The notes under the pieces are model-generated. The model was not told where the DNA came from, searched no databases, and worked only from the letters and a program-made list of their open reading frames with translations. This document shows positions 1-11,224 of a stretch of 18,573 nucleotides of DNA, in pieces. Numbering within the stretch: position 1 is the first letter of the stretch; each line of letters opens with the position of its first letter. The DNA is taken from positions 1 through 18,573 of the forward strand of contig NW_021824493.1 of the NCBI RefSeq assembly GCF_006345805.1. The letters run 5' to 3'. The position numbers and the translations under genes were made by a program. The stretch is from Octopus sinensis. Taxonomy: Eukaryota.

Positions 1-237
1 GGTTCAGTTTTCCTAAGTGTGCTAAAAGGTACAATTTTTGTATTTCTTAGTGATTTCTTTGTGTAGTAGATCATGGTATGTAGGAATGTCAATGTTGTAG
101 ATTTGGCTGGATTTGTCAGAATGTGTTAGAATGCCGTTTCTTACCCTTGAGAGTTCTTATTAATTCTTTTAATTCCCTTTGGTGCGGTGTGTACCTCAAT
201 GGGTGATTTTTAAATTTTATGTTTTTTATAGTCTCCC
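1..237 (-). pseudogene. Penelope-like element (PLE) reverse-transcriptase ORF fragment, N-terminal region, frameshifted, continues off the window edge
   Basis: Hand translation of the minus strand gives IKNIKFKNHPLRYTPHQRELK and then LTHSDKSSQIYNIDIPTYHDLLHKEITKKYK. This matches the PLE pre-RT pattern IKNIKF...(A/S)DK(T/S)xxxY...YxxLLxxxITKxYK. The fragment ends abruptly in (TA)n at 238. Confidence 0.7.
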
Positions 238-528
238 ATAATATATATAATATATATTGTATATATATATATATGTAATAAATATATATATGTAGAATAT
301 AAATATATATATATAATATATATATGCATATAATATATATATAATATATATATGTATGTATATATATATATAGTATATATATCTATATTATATCTATATG
401 TGTAATATATATATATGTATATGTATATATATTATATATATATATGTATATATATATATACTGTAATCTATATATATGTATATATATATGTATATATATA
501 TATATGTATATAATATATGTAAATATAT
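238..528. repeat. Degenerate (TA)n microsatellite
   Basis: Directly visible TA dinucleotide tract with scattered interruptions. Confidence 0.95.
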
Positions 529-834
529 GTAGCTGATATTTTGCATTGAGACGATTTTCTTTGTGTAGCTTCTCTGAATTGCTTCGAGTTATGCTGTTTG
601 TTTTATATTGTGTGGTGACCAAAGTTGGGAGCAGTAGTCCAAGCGGCTGAGGACGAATGTTTTCCATAGGACCATCAGTGTCTCCTTCTCTCTTATTCTG
701 AAAGTTCGTAGAATCCATCCAGCTAGCCGTCTGCATTTTATCACCAGATTAGCAATATGCATTTCGAAAGATGCATCATTGCTCATGTCAATGCCCAGGT
801 CACGCACTGATTTTGTCAATGCCCAGATCACGCA

Positions 835-838
<4 letters not shown>
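529..838 (-). mobile_element. CR1-group LINE ORF2 C-terminal fragment (copy D), an inverted duplicate of 9617-9924
   Basis: ORF 589..912 encodes [37 protein letters not shown]...SRLDYCSQLWSPH, the post-RT region of CR1/L2-type ORF2. It is near-identical in reverse complement to 9617-9924. Confidence 0.9.
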
Positions 839-906
<68 letters not shown>

Positions 907-943
907 GTACATATCTATATATATATATATATATATATATTAC

Positions 944-1005
<62 letters not shown>

Positions 1006-1097
1006 CATATATATATATATATGCATATATATTATATATACATATATATATATATCTATATTATACATATATATATATATACATATATAATATATAC

Positions 1098-1134
<37 letters not shown>

Positions 1135-1216
1135 TATATACACATATATATATACATATATACATATATATTATATACATATATATATATATATATACAT
1201 ATATAATATACATATC

Positions 1217-1247
<31 letters not shown>

Positions 1248-1263
1248 CATATATATATAATAC

Positions 1264-1298
<35 letters not shown>

Positions 1299-1326
1299 CA
1301 ATATATATATACATATATATAATAAT
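839..1326. repeat. Degenerate (TA)n microsatellite
   Basis: Directly visible. Confidence 0.95.
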
Positions 1327-1494
1327 AAATATTAGGGAATAAATCCAATTTACAGGGAAAAATCATATTTATGATTAAATCGATTTATAGTAAAATATTA
1401 TAACATATTATTCGAGACAAAACCACTATTTTGCAAAACAAACAAGGAAAGACTAATTAATACATAAAATTTTAATAATAGTAAAAAAAAACCG

Positions 1495-1539
1495 CCACTA
1501 CAATCGTTTCTCTTGTCTTGATCGACAATCTTCAGGTGG
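1495..1539 (-). ncRNA. Minimal type I hammerhead ribozyme-like motif (PLE-associated)
   Basis: Minus strand reads CCAC-CTGAAGA-TTGTC-gatcaa-GACAA-ga-GAAAC-gatt-GTA-GTGG: stem I CCAC/GTGG, CUGANGA core, stem II TTGTC/GACAA, GAAA core, very short stem III and a GUA cleavage triplet. Confidence 0.7.
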
Positions 1540-1699
1540 ACTTCAATCTAAAAATCATATTTTAAAATATAAAAATAATAATTTTAAAATAATTAAAGTA
1601 TGAATGAAAAAATATAAGTATATAATCCATATATACCTATCTATAATCCATATATAAACAATATATAAACAATATATACCTAAAAAACCTATCAACAAT

Positions 1700-1752
1700 T
1701 AAATATAAATATAAATATAAATATAAATATAAATATAAAATATAAATATAAA
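1700..1752. repeat. (TAAATA)n hexanucleotide microsatellite
   Basis: About 8 tandem units directly visible. Confidence 0.85.
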
Positions 1753-2850
1753 AAACAAAACAAAAAAAAAATAATAATATAATAATAAACTATATATACC
1801 CCCATGCATAGACCTAATTATATATAACCATATCTAACTACATACACTAAATCACACACCTATATATTATCCCTATACATACACATAAAAATTCTAGGCA
1901 ACTATAAATAATAAAATGCTATATACTTCAACACAATACTTATTCATACTCCCCACACACACACACATACAACCCACATTCACGCTCTAGAAACGGACAT
2001 CACTCAAAACTATGACGGAGAAATGGAATAAATGGAATTAAAAATTATATACACTTGTAAAACAAACACTACTTAAAATTATGAATGAACAATGCAATAA
2101 ACAACAGACATCGCAAATATACACAAATTACTACAAATTCCTTATCAAACCTACCATGATAACCAAAATTCATAAAAACATATAATGATAAATCTCCCTT
2201 TACTAAACTCTATAACAACCTATATAGCAATCCCCCTAACCTAAACATTCACACACAAATACACACGTAAACCACACACCCACGACATATACAAATACCC
2301 ACACCACTTACACATACCAATACATACATATAACTCAACATATACTCCAAAAACCCAGTCAACCCCACACAGACAAATAAACACAAAATTATGAATGGAT
2401 TCATTTATAAAACTACCATAATAATCTAAAACTCACAAACAGAAATGATAAAACCTCCCTTTACTAAACACTAAAACATACTTATATAGCAATTCTTTTA
2501 ACCTATACATTCACACACCAAACCACTCGTAAACCACACACCCATAACAAATACAAACTCCCACCCCACTCACACACACCCACAAGTACATATAAGCCTC
2601 AACATATACACCAAACAAAATTACTTTACAAGGAACTTAAATATAATTATAAAAAGTATAACCGCTCTGGAAACGAACATCTCTAAATTAATGAAGGAGA
2701 AATGGAAAAAATGGAATTAAAAATAAAAATTCACGAGGCAAAACGAACACCACTCAAAAATTATGATGAAACAATATAATAAAACAACCAACATCGAAAA
2801 TAGACAAATTACTACTGTTTTGCAAAATAGTGGTTTGTCTCGAATAATAT

Positions 2851-3603
2851 TTTATATACATTATTATATATAAAATACATTAATATAAATATATATACAT
2901 ATATACATATATTATATACATATAATTAGATATATATATTACATATATATATATATGTATATCTATCTATATATATTATATGTATATCTATATATATATA
3001 TATATATGTATATCTATATATATATATATATATGTAGATATATATAGTATATATATATATGTATATATATTTGTTCATGTATATATATATATATGTAATA
3101 TAGATATCTATATATACATATATAATATGTATATATATATAGATATAATATATATACATATATAATATGTATATATAGTATTATATATATAATATGATAT
3201 ATCTATATATATATATATGTATATAATAATACTATGTATATATATATATATATATGTATATTATAGATATATATATACAATATACAATATATATATATAT
3301 GTATATATATAGAATATATATACATAAGTATATATATATGTATATATAGATATATATATACATATATATATATAGTATAATATAGATCTATATATACATA
3401 TATATTATATGATATTATATATATATGTATATATAACATATATATATATATAATAGATATATATATATGTATATATATAGATATATATATATACATATTA
3501 TAGTATATATATGTATATATATAGATATATATACATATATATATATATATGATATATATTATAGATATATATACATATATATATATATATGTATATATAA
3601 CAA

Positions 3604-3654
<51 letters not shown>

Positions 3655-3768
3655 ATATAGTCGTATGTATATATATACATATTAGATATATGTATGTATA
3701 TATATAGATATATATATATAATGTATATATAGATATATATATACACACATATATATATATATATATGT
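2851..3768. repeat. Degenerate (TA)n microsatellite
   Basis: Directly visible. Confidence 0.95.
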
Positions 3769-5586
3769 ATTAGATTAATATAAATTAATATATTTAGATA
3801 GATAGATAGATAAAATATCAAGAATGTCCAGAACTTGGAAAAGTGACGAATTGGCGTTGTTCCTGAGAGGATGGCAATGCGCTGACGGAGAAAATCCGAA
3901 TAATATAATAACGGCTGCGCTGAAGAGCAGCGGATACAAAAGGACGGAAGAAGCAAGAATTTATAATCTCCTACGCACTTATCAGATCGCACATTAACAC
4001 GCTGGATGCCATCTTTGTCAGCGAACGAAGCGAACAAAGTAAAGATGGCAAGGATGGAGACGCGGCCGCTGATGAAAAAGGTCACCCCCACCTGGTAGAC
4101 GCCCAGGAAGAAAACTCCAGTGAGAAACCTGCCCGGAAGTAAACCAAGTGCGGGGTCCTCCTACCAGCACCAAAAGCCATGGGACATGGAGATGAAAGAA
4201 ACCAAAAAAAGGAGGAAAATCTGAAACTAAAAGTCAGGGAAAACCAAAAAACGAAACAGCCAAGGATAGAAGCAAACTCAACTATCCAATACAAAAAGGA
4301 TGGAAACAAGCAGCGCACACGGGTGTGTAGGTTCTACTGAGAGGTGCCTGCTGACATGGAGAGGAAGGTGCAAGCTGCCGTTTTGCACATCGGGACCCTG
4401 CCGCAGAAACCCAACCACCGAAAGGAAAGGGATGGACCACGCACCACTGCTCCAAAGCGGAGGTACGCAGATGTGTGCGTATACCACAAACCGCCAACGT
4501 GTGTTGAAAGGGCAGCTGCTGAACAAGAATCTTTTTGTGCATGGCACAAAGATTGTACAGCAGCTAACCTGGCTCCATCAAACTCAAGCTCGCAGATGGG
4601 ACTACCCACAGTTCACAAGACCTCCACAGCAAATAGACCCAAGATGGACACCACCGGCAACAACATACACCTCACCTCGATGCTCCTACTGAACATCAGA
4701 GGACTACTAACACACAGTAACAGGACAAAAGTCCCGTTCTTGAGAGACTTTGTTGCATGCAATCAAACCGGACATAGCGGATGCGGAATTACACATGCCA
4801 CAGTATGTTGTACTACGGACCGACAGAAAATAAAGGAGTCATGGAGGAGTGCTATGTACATCCGTGAGGACCTCACACCCCAGGTCTTTTGTCATACTCA
4901 ACTCGGTGTGTGACAACACTAATGGTACATGTAAGGCAACTTGGTGATTGTAGTTGTGTGTGCTACATATTGCCCTCCAGATGCCCAAGCCATATGGGCA
5001 AGTTTGAAGACTCCTTATAAAAATAGAAGAAGTTCTAATCACACTAGAACAGCACATAAGTGTACTTCTCATGGAGGACTTCAACCTGCCCAATGTCAAG
5101 ATGGCCCGAGGCCTTTCTCTCCAGGAATGACACGATGTGAACGGGGACAGGCGAGGTCCCTCCTGAACCTCATCAACACCCTGTACATGGAGCAAGTAAT
5201 ACTCCAACCAACCAGGGCAGGCAACACACTGGATCTCTGCTTCACAAATGACATGGATCTCATCCATAATGTGAAAGTGACGCCGACACTCTCTCGGATC
5301 ACAACATGGGGTAGGGCTGACCATGTACGGGAGAAGAGAAAGGAAACAAAGGACATGCAGCCTACAAGAAACTCTCAGAATCTTTCCAGCTGAACTTCAA
5401 TAAGGCCAAACGGAAAAACAAATTGAGAAAGAGATCCTCAAACAAACCTGGCCTGAATGTTTCTCTCCTCGCGGACATCAACATGAAACTTCAACAATTC
5501 ATGTCTGTAATGCAAGCCATATGCTAAAATGTGTCCCAGAGAGAAGAGAAGGCCACTATACACAAGAACAAATCCCCAGAGAGGAT
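3769..5586 (+). mobile_element. CR1-group LINE 5' half (copy A): ORF1 plus APE endonuclease, degraded and 3'-truncated
   Basis: ATG at 3824 ([13 protein letters not shown]) is homologous to 11838. Endonuclease motifs LLNIRGL, GDFN, PTRAGNTLDLCF and SDH occur across frameshifts. A deletion removes the LTETH motif. The copy is colinear with ~11790-13656. Confidence 0.9.
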
Positions 5587-5588
5587 GT

Positions 5589-5619
5589 GTATATATATAT
5601 AAAATATATATATATATAG

Positions 5620-5678
<59 letters not shown>

Positions 5679-5817
5679 TATATATGTATATATATAGTTA
5701 TATGTATATATATATATCTATATATATAGATAGGTATATATATATATATAGATTATATATATATAGATATGTATATATATATATATATGGTATAATATAT
5801 GATATAGATTGTATATG

Positions 5818-5850
<33 letters not shown>

Positions 5851-5889
5851 ATTACATACATAGTATATAGACATATATATATATATACA

Positions 5890-5920
<31 letters not shown>

Positions 5921-6198
5921 GCATTATATATATATGATATAACATAGTATATATATGTATACTAATATATATATATACATAGTATACTATATACATATAT
6001 ATATAATATACATATATATATATATATATAAATATATATATATATTATTATATATATAGCATATATATATATATTCTACTGAGAATAATTATATATATCA
6101 TATATATATATATATATCATATATAGTATATATATGTATATATATATATATGTATATATATATATTATGTTATTATATATATATGTATATATATATAT
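5589..6198. repeat. Degenerate (TA)n microsatellite
   Basis: Directly visible. Confidence 0.95.
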
Positions 6199-6231
6199 CT
6201 GTTGAAGAGCGTAGGCTCGAAACGTTAAAGA
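6199..6231 (+). ncRNA. Truncated minimal hammerhead-like motif with a variant core (CUGUUGA)
   Basis: CTGTTGA-a-GAGC-gtag-GCTC-GAAAC-GTT-AAAGA: stem II GAGC/GCTC and palindromic AACGTT at stem III. The 5' arm of stem I is replaced by (TA)n. Confidence 0.5.
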
Positions 6232-6328
6232 CTTGTTTTTTATTATATTTCCTGAGCGCCATACTAATACAATTGTTCGTTTGTTTTCCACCTGCCTTCG
6301 TCTTTTGTTTATTCATAAAGCTTCCGTT
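6199..6328 (+). mobile_element. Short Penelope-like terminal (pLTR) fragment beginning with a hammerhead-like motif
   Basis: A 130-bp complex island in (TA)n that starts CTGTTGAAGAGCGTAGGCTCGAAACGTTAAAGA and is followed by a T-rich tail, the usual layout of a PLE 3' end. Confidence 0.6.
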
Positions 6329-6894
6329 ATATATATAATATAAGATATATACATATATATAGACATTTATATATATAGATATATCATATAATATATATAT
6401 TTATATATATATACATAGACATATATATATATATTAGACATATATATATATATACATATATATACATATATATACATATTATATATATATATACATTTAT
6501 ATATAACATATAATATATATACATATATATACATATATATATATATATACATATATATATACATATATAATATACATATACATATATATACCTAATATAT
6601 ATATATATATTCATATATAAAGGCCACTAACACAATAACAAAATCCCCAGAGAGGATGTATATATATATAATATATATAGATATATATTGTATGTATATA
6701 TATCTATATATAGATATATATATTACATATATATATAGATATATATACATATATATATATACATATATATGTATCGCATATCTTGTTTATATAATATACA
6801 ATATATATATACATATAAGATATATATACATTATATAATTATATATACATATATATATATAGATAATATATATAATATTATATTATATATAAAC

Positions 6895-6974
<80 letters not shown>

Positions 6975-7031
6975 GAATATATATATACATATAATATATA
7001 TACACATATATATATTATATATATATACATG

Positions 7032-7067
<36 letters not shown>

Positions 7068-7171
7068 CATATATATATTAAATTATATATATATGATATA
7101 TACATATATATATATATACTATATATATATATACAATATATTTATATATATATATATATAATATATATATT

Positions 7172-7227
<56 letters not shown>

Positions 7228-7802
7228 ATACATTATAATAATATATATATATTATATACCTATACATAAATTACCTATATATTATATATATATTATATAT
7301 TTCATATACATATATATATATATATATTATATAATATACATATATATATATATATTTATATACATATATATATATATTATATATTATAATATATATTTAT
7401 ATACATATAATAATATATTTATATACATATATAATATATATATATATTTATATACATATATATATATATATATTATATACATATATATATATATATATTA
7501 TATACATATATATATATATATATTTATATACATATATTATATATATTTATATACATATATATATTATACTATATACATATATATATATATTTATACATAT
7601 ATATTATATATATTATATACATATATATATATTATATATCATATATATATATATATTGATATATATAATATATTATATTATATATATATCATATATTATA
7701 TATTATATTATATATATATTTTTATTTATATACATATATATATATTATACTTATATAAATATATATATATTATATATATGTTTATATAAATATATATATA
7801 TT
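6329..7802. repeat. Degenerate (TA)n microsatellite, interrupted by a 40-bp LINE scrap at 6620-6659
   Basis: Directly visible. Confidence 0.95.
6620..6659 (+). mobile_element. 40-bp direct duplicate of the copy A 3' breakpoint (5549-5588)
   Basis: AAGGCCACTAACACAATAACAAAATCCCCAGAGAGGATGT versus AAGGCCACTATACACAAGAACAAATCCCCAGAGAGGATGT. Confidence 0.85.
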
Positions 7803-8257
7803 ATTTCCTCCTTTTTGGTTCTTTCATATCCCATGTCCATGGCTTTTGGTGCTGGTCGGGAGGACCCGCACTTGGGGTTACTTCCGGCAGGTTCTCACTG
7901 GAGTTTTCTTCCTGGGCGTCTACCAGGTGGGGGTGACCTTTTTCATCAGCGGCCGCGTCTCCATCCTTGTCATCTTTAGTTTGTTCGCTTCGTTCGCTGA
8001 CAAAGATGGCATCCAGCGTGTTAATGTGCGATCTGATAAGTGCGTAGGAGAGTATAAATTCTTGCTTCTTCCGTCCTTTTGTATCCGCTGCTCTTCAGCG
8101 CAGCCGTTATTATATTATTCGGATTTTCTCCGTCAGCGCATTGCCATCCTCTCAAGAACAACGCCAATTCGTCACTTTTCCAAGTTCTGGACATTCTTGA
8201 TATTTTATCTATCTATCTATCTATCTATCTAAATGTATTAATTTATATTAATCTAAT
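7803..8257 (-). mobile_element. CR1-group LINE 5' UTR/ORF1 fragment, an inverted duplicate of 3769-4220
   Basis: The reverse complement matches 3769-4220 with few substitutions. ORFs 3498..4091(-) and 7846..8232(+) share [13 protein letters not shown]...[10 protein letters not shown]. Confidence 0.9.
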
Positions 8258-9256
8258 CATATATATATATATATATATGTGTGTAATATATTATATATAT
8301 TACATAGTATATATATATTCGATCATATATAATAATATTATATATATATATATGATATATGAACATATTACATACATATATATATAATATATATGTATAT
8401 ATATACATATATATATATATATGTATATTTATATAATTATATAGATATAACATATATATATATATATGTTATATATCTCTATATATACATATATATATAT
8501 ATGTATATTTATATATAATCTATATAATATTACATATATATATATATATATAGATATATATATAGTTGTATATATATATATATCTATATAATACATATTT
8601 AATAATGTGATATATAGTATATCTATATATATAATTATATATTATGTAATATATATCTAATATATACATAATATTATATATATATGTATATGTATATATA
8701 ATCTATATAGATACATATATATATATATAACATATGTATGATATAATCTATATATAACATATATATATATATGTATATTATATATCTATATATATACATA
8801 TATATATATATGTATATATATATCTATATATAAAGATATATATATAATATCTATATATATACATATATATATGATATATATATATCTATATATATACATA
8901 TATAGATATATATATATCTATATATATATATATATATATGTAAAACATATTATATATATATCATATATATATATATACATATCTATATATATATAAAAAT
9001 ATATATCTATATATATCTATAGATATATATATATATATATAGATAGATATACTATATATAATATAGATAGATATACACATATATATATATATAGTAGATA
9101 TACATAATATATATATGTATAGTATATATATTGATATATATATGTATATATATATGTATATATATATATATATGTATTTATATTATATATATATGTATAT
9201 ATATTATATGTATATCTATATATATGTATATAATATATATATGTTATATATATATG

Positions 9257-9287
<31 letters not shown>

Positions 9288-9576
9288 GTATATGTATATA
9301 TATATATGTATATATATATATATTGTATTATATATATATGTATAATGTATATATATGTGTATATATTATATGTTATATATATATATATTATGATATATAT
9401 ATATTGATATATATATATGTATATATTTATTATATATAATATATATATATATTATATATGTATATTATATATATATGCATAATATATATATATATATATA
9501 TATGATATATATATATATATATAATACTATATATAATATATATATATATATTATATATATATTATATATATATATA

Positions 9577-9616
<40 letters not shown>
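8258..9616. repeat. Degenerate (TA)n microsatellite
   Basis: Directly visible. Confidence 0.95.
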
Positions 9617-9620
<4 letters not shown>

Positions 9621-10415
9621 TGCGTGATCTGGGCATTAACAAAATCAGTGCGTGACCTGGTCATTGACATGAGCAATGTGCATCTTTCGAAATGCATATT
9701 GCTAATCTGGTGATAAAATGGAGACGGCTAGCTGGATGGATCTACGAACTTTCAGAATAAGCGAGAAGGAGACACTGATGGTCCTATGGAAAACATTCGT
9801 CCTCAGCCGCTTGGACTACTGCTCCCAACTTTGGTCACCACACAATATAAAACAAACAGCAGAACTCGAAGCAATTCAGAGAAGCTACACAAAGAAAATC
9901 GTCTCAATGCAAAATATCAGCTACTGGGAAAGACTGAAGGTATTAAACCTCTTCTCCCTAGAGCGGGGGCGGGAGAGATATGCAGTGATATACATCTGGA
10001 AAATCCTGGTGGGTCTCGTCCCAAACTTTGGCATTCAAAGTTACTCCAACCGCAGAACGGGGCGCCGCTGCGTGGTGCCAAGGATTCCAACATCACCATC
10101 AAAATACAGGTCCAGATACTGCAACAGCTTGGGTTTCAGAGGACCACAGCTCTTTAACATCCTCCCTAAATGCCTGAGAGACTTACATGGTGTGGATGTG
10201 GGTTTCTTTAAAACTAAACTGGATCTCTTCTTGTTGGGAGTCCCAGATGAACCTACCTCACGACAGGAGACGCGGATGTGGGCAGCAGCATCGAACTCCC
10301 TTGTTTATCAAGTGCCACGTATCAGAGGTGGATCCACAAACTAGTGTAGCTCATTCAGCGGTGGTGCCCCAGCATGGCCGCGGCCTTCGGGCTAAAACAC
10401 TTTTAAGGATTTAAG

Positions 10416-10418
<3 letters not shown>
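9617..10418 (+). mobile_element. 5'-truncated CR1-group LINE (copy C) with intact 3' end: ORF2 C-terminus, short structured 3' UTR and (TTTAAGGA)2 tail
   Basis: Encodes SRLDYCSQLWSP, YWERLKVLNLFSLERGRERY, GPQLFNILP, FKTKLD and AASNSL, with a stop at 10344. An 8-bp tandem tail at 10402-10418 is typical of CR1-clade ends. Both sides are (TA)n. Confidence 0.9.

Positions 10419-10453
<35 letters not shown>
10419..10453. repeat. (TA)n microsatellite
   Basis: Directly visible. Confidence 0.9.
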
Positions 10454-10456
<3 letters not shown>

Positions 10457-10680
10457 CACTTACAACACATTGGTTAAAAATATATTAATCAAAAACGTAA
10501 TATATTTTGCTTAAAGCCAAATACAGTAATTTTCTTTTCGCCGAAAACGCACATGGTGGACACTCATTGAATTAATTTACCTCCTGTAAGAAGGAAAAAG
10601 AAACATCTCTCCTGGAAAATAATTCGTAAAGCACAAAAACCAGATTACATCGTGGAATAGTATCACTTTCATCTTCTATT

Positions 10681-11110
10681 TCATATTTTATCTATTATCT
10701 TATTTTATTTCCCTTAACTTAAGCTTGCAACTCCGTTAAAAGTTACGAAGGCCGTTTTTGTTTACTTTCTCTCAATATCTGTTTCTCGTTTTTAGGATTA
10801 AAAAACACTTTCTTTCTTCTCCACACTTTAATATATTTTATCATATTTTATCTATTATCTTATTTTATTTCCCATAACTTAAGCTTGCAACTCCGTTAAA
10901 AGTTACGAAGGCCGTTTTTGTTTACATTCTCTCAATATCTGTTTCTCGTTTTTAGGATTAAAAAACCCTTTCTTTCTTCTCCACACTTTAATATATTTTA
11001 TCATATTTTATCTATTATCTTATTTTAATTCCCTTAACTTAAGCTTGCAACTCCGTTAAAAGTTACGAAGGCCGTTTTTATTTACATTCTCTCAATATCT
11101 GTTTCTCGGT
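10681..11110. repeat. Tandem repeat, 160-bp unit, ~2.7 copies
   Basis: TCATATTTTATCTATTATCT starts at 10681, 10841 and 11001, and the units are nearly identical. Confidence 0.95.
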
Positions 11111-11224
11111 TTTAACAATCCTCTCTTTAACAATCTTTCATTTTCTTAATCCCTCATTTCTATTGCAGCTTTCGTAACCCCACTCTTTCTCCCTCTGTCT
11201 CTTTACTTTTCTCTATCATACCAT

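Larger units (their letters stand above)
1327..2850. mobile_element. Non-coding Penelope-like element remnant (pLTR/UTR) with a 35-36 bp inverted repeat near its ends and internal diverged duplications
   Basis: Hammerhead-like motif at 1495-1539 (-). 1405-1440 is the reverse complement of 2816-2850 apart from one indel. The plus strand is strongly A/C-rich and G-poor. The block sits inside (TA)n and is absent from the sister arm (8258-9616). Confidence 0.65.

Noticed and set aside
1985-2030. Further hammerheads near GAAAC at about 1990 and 2670
   Set aside because: No properly placed CUGANGA core or closing stems were found on either strand.
839-9616. Many Ile/Tyr-rich ORFs (IYIYIY...)
   Set aside because: They are translations of (TA)n tracts, which lack stop codons by composition.
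9718-9745. METASWMD start of the 208-aa ORF as a real gene start
   Set aside because: A 1-nt deletion relative to copy D shifts KCRRLAGWILRTF out of frame. The ORF is only the ORF2 tail.
10454-10680. Complex non-repetitive-looking segment as a possible host exon
   Set aside because: It has no listed ORF and no recognisable motif, so it cannot be assigned from sequence alone.
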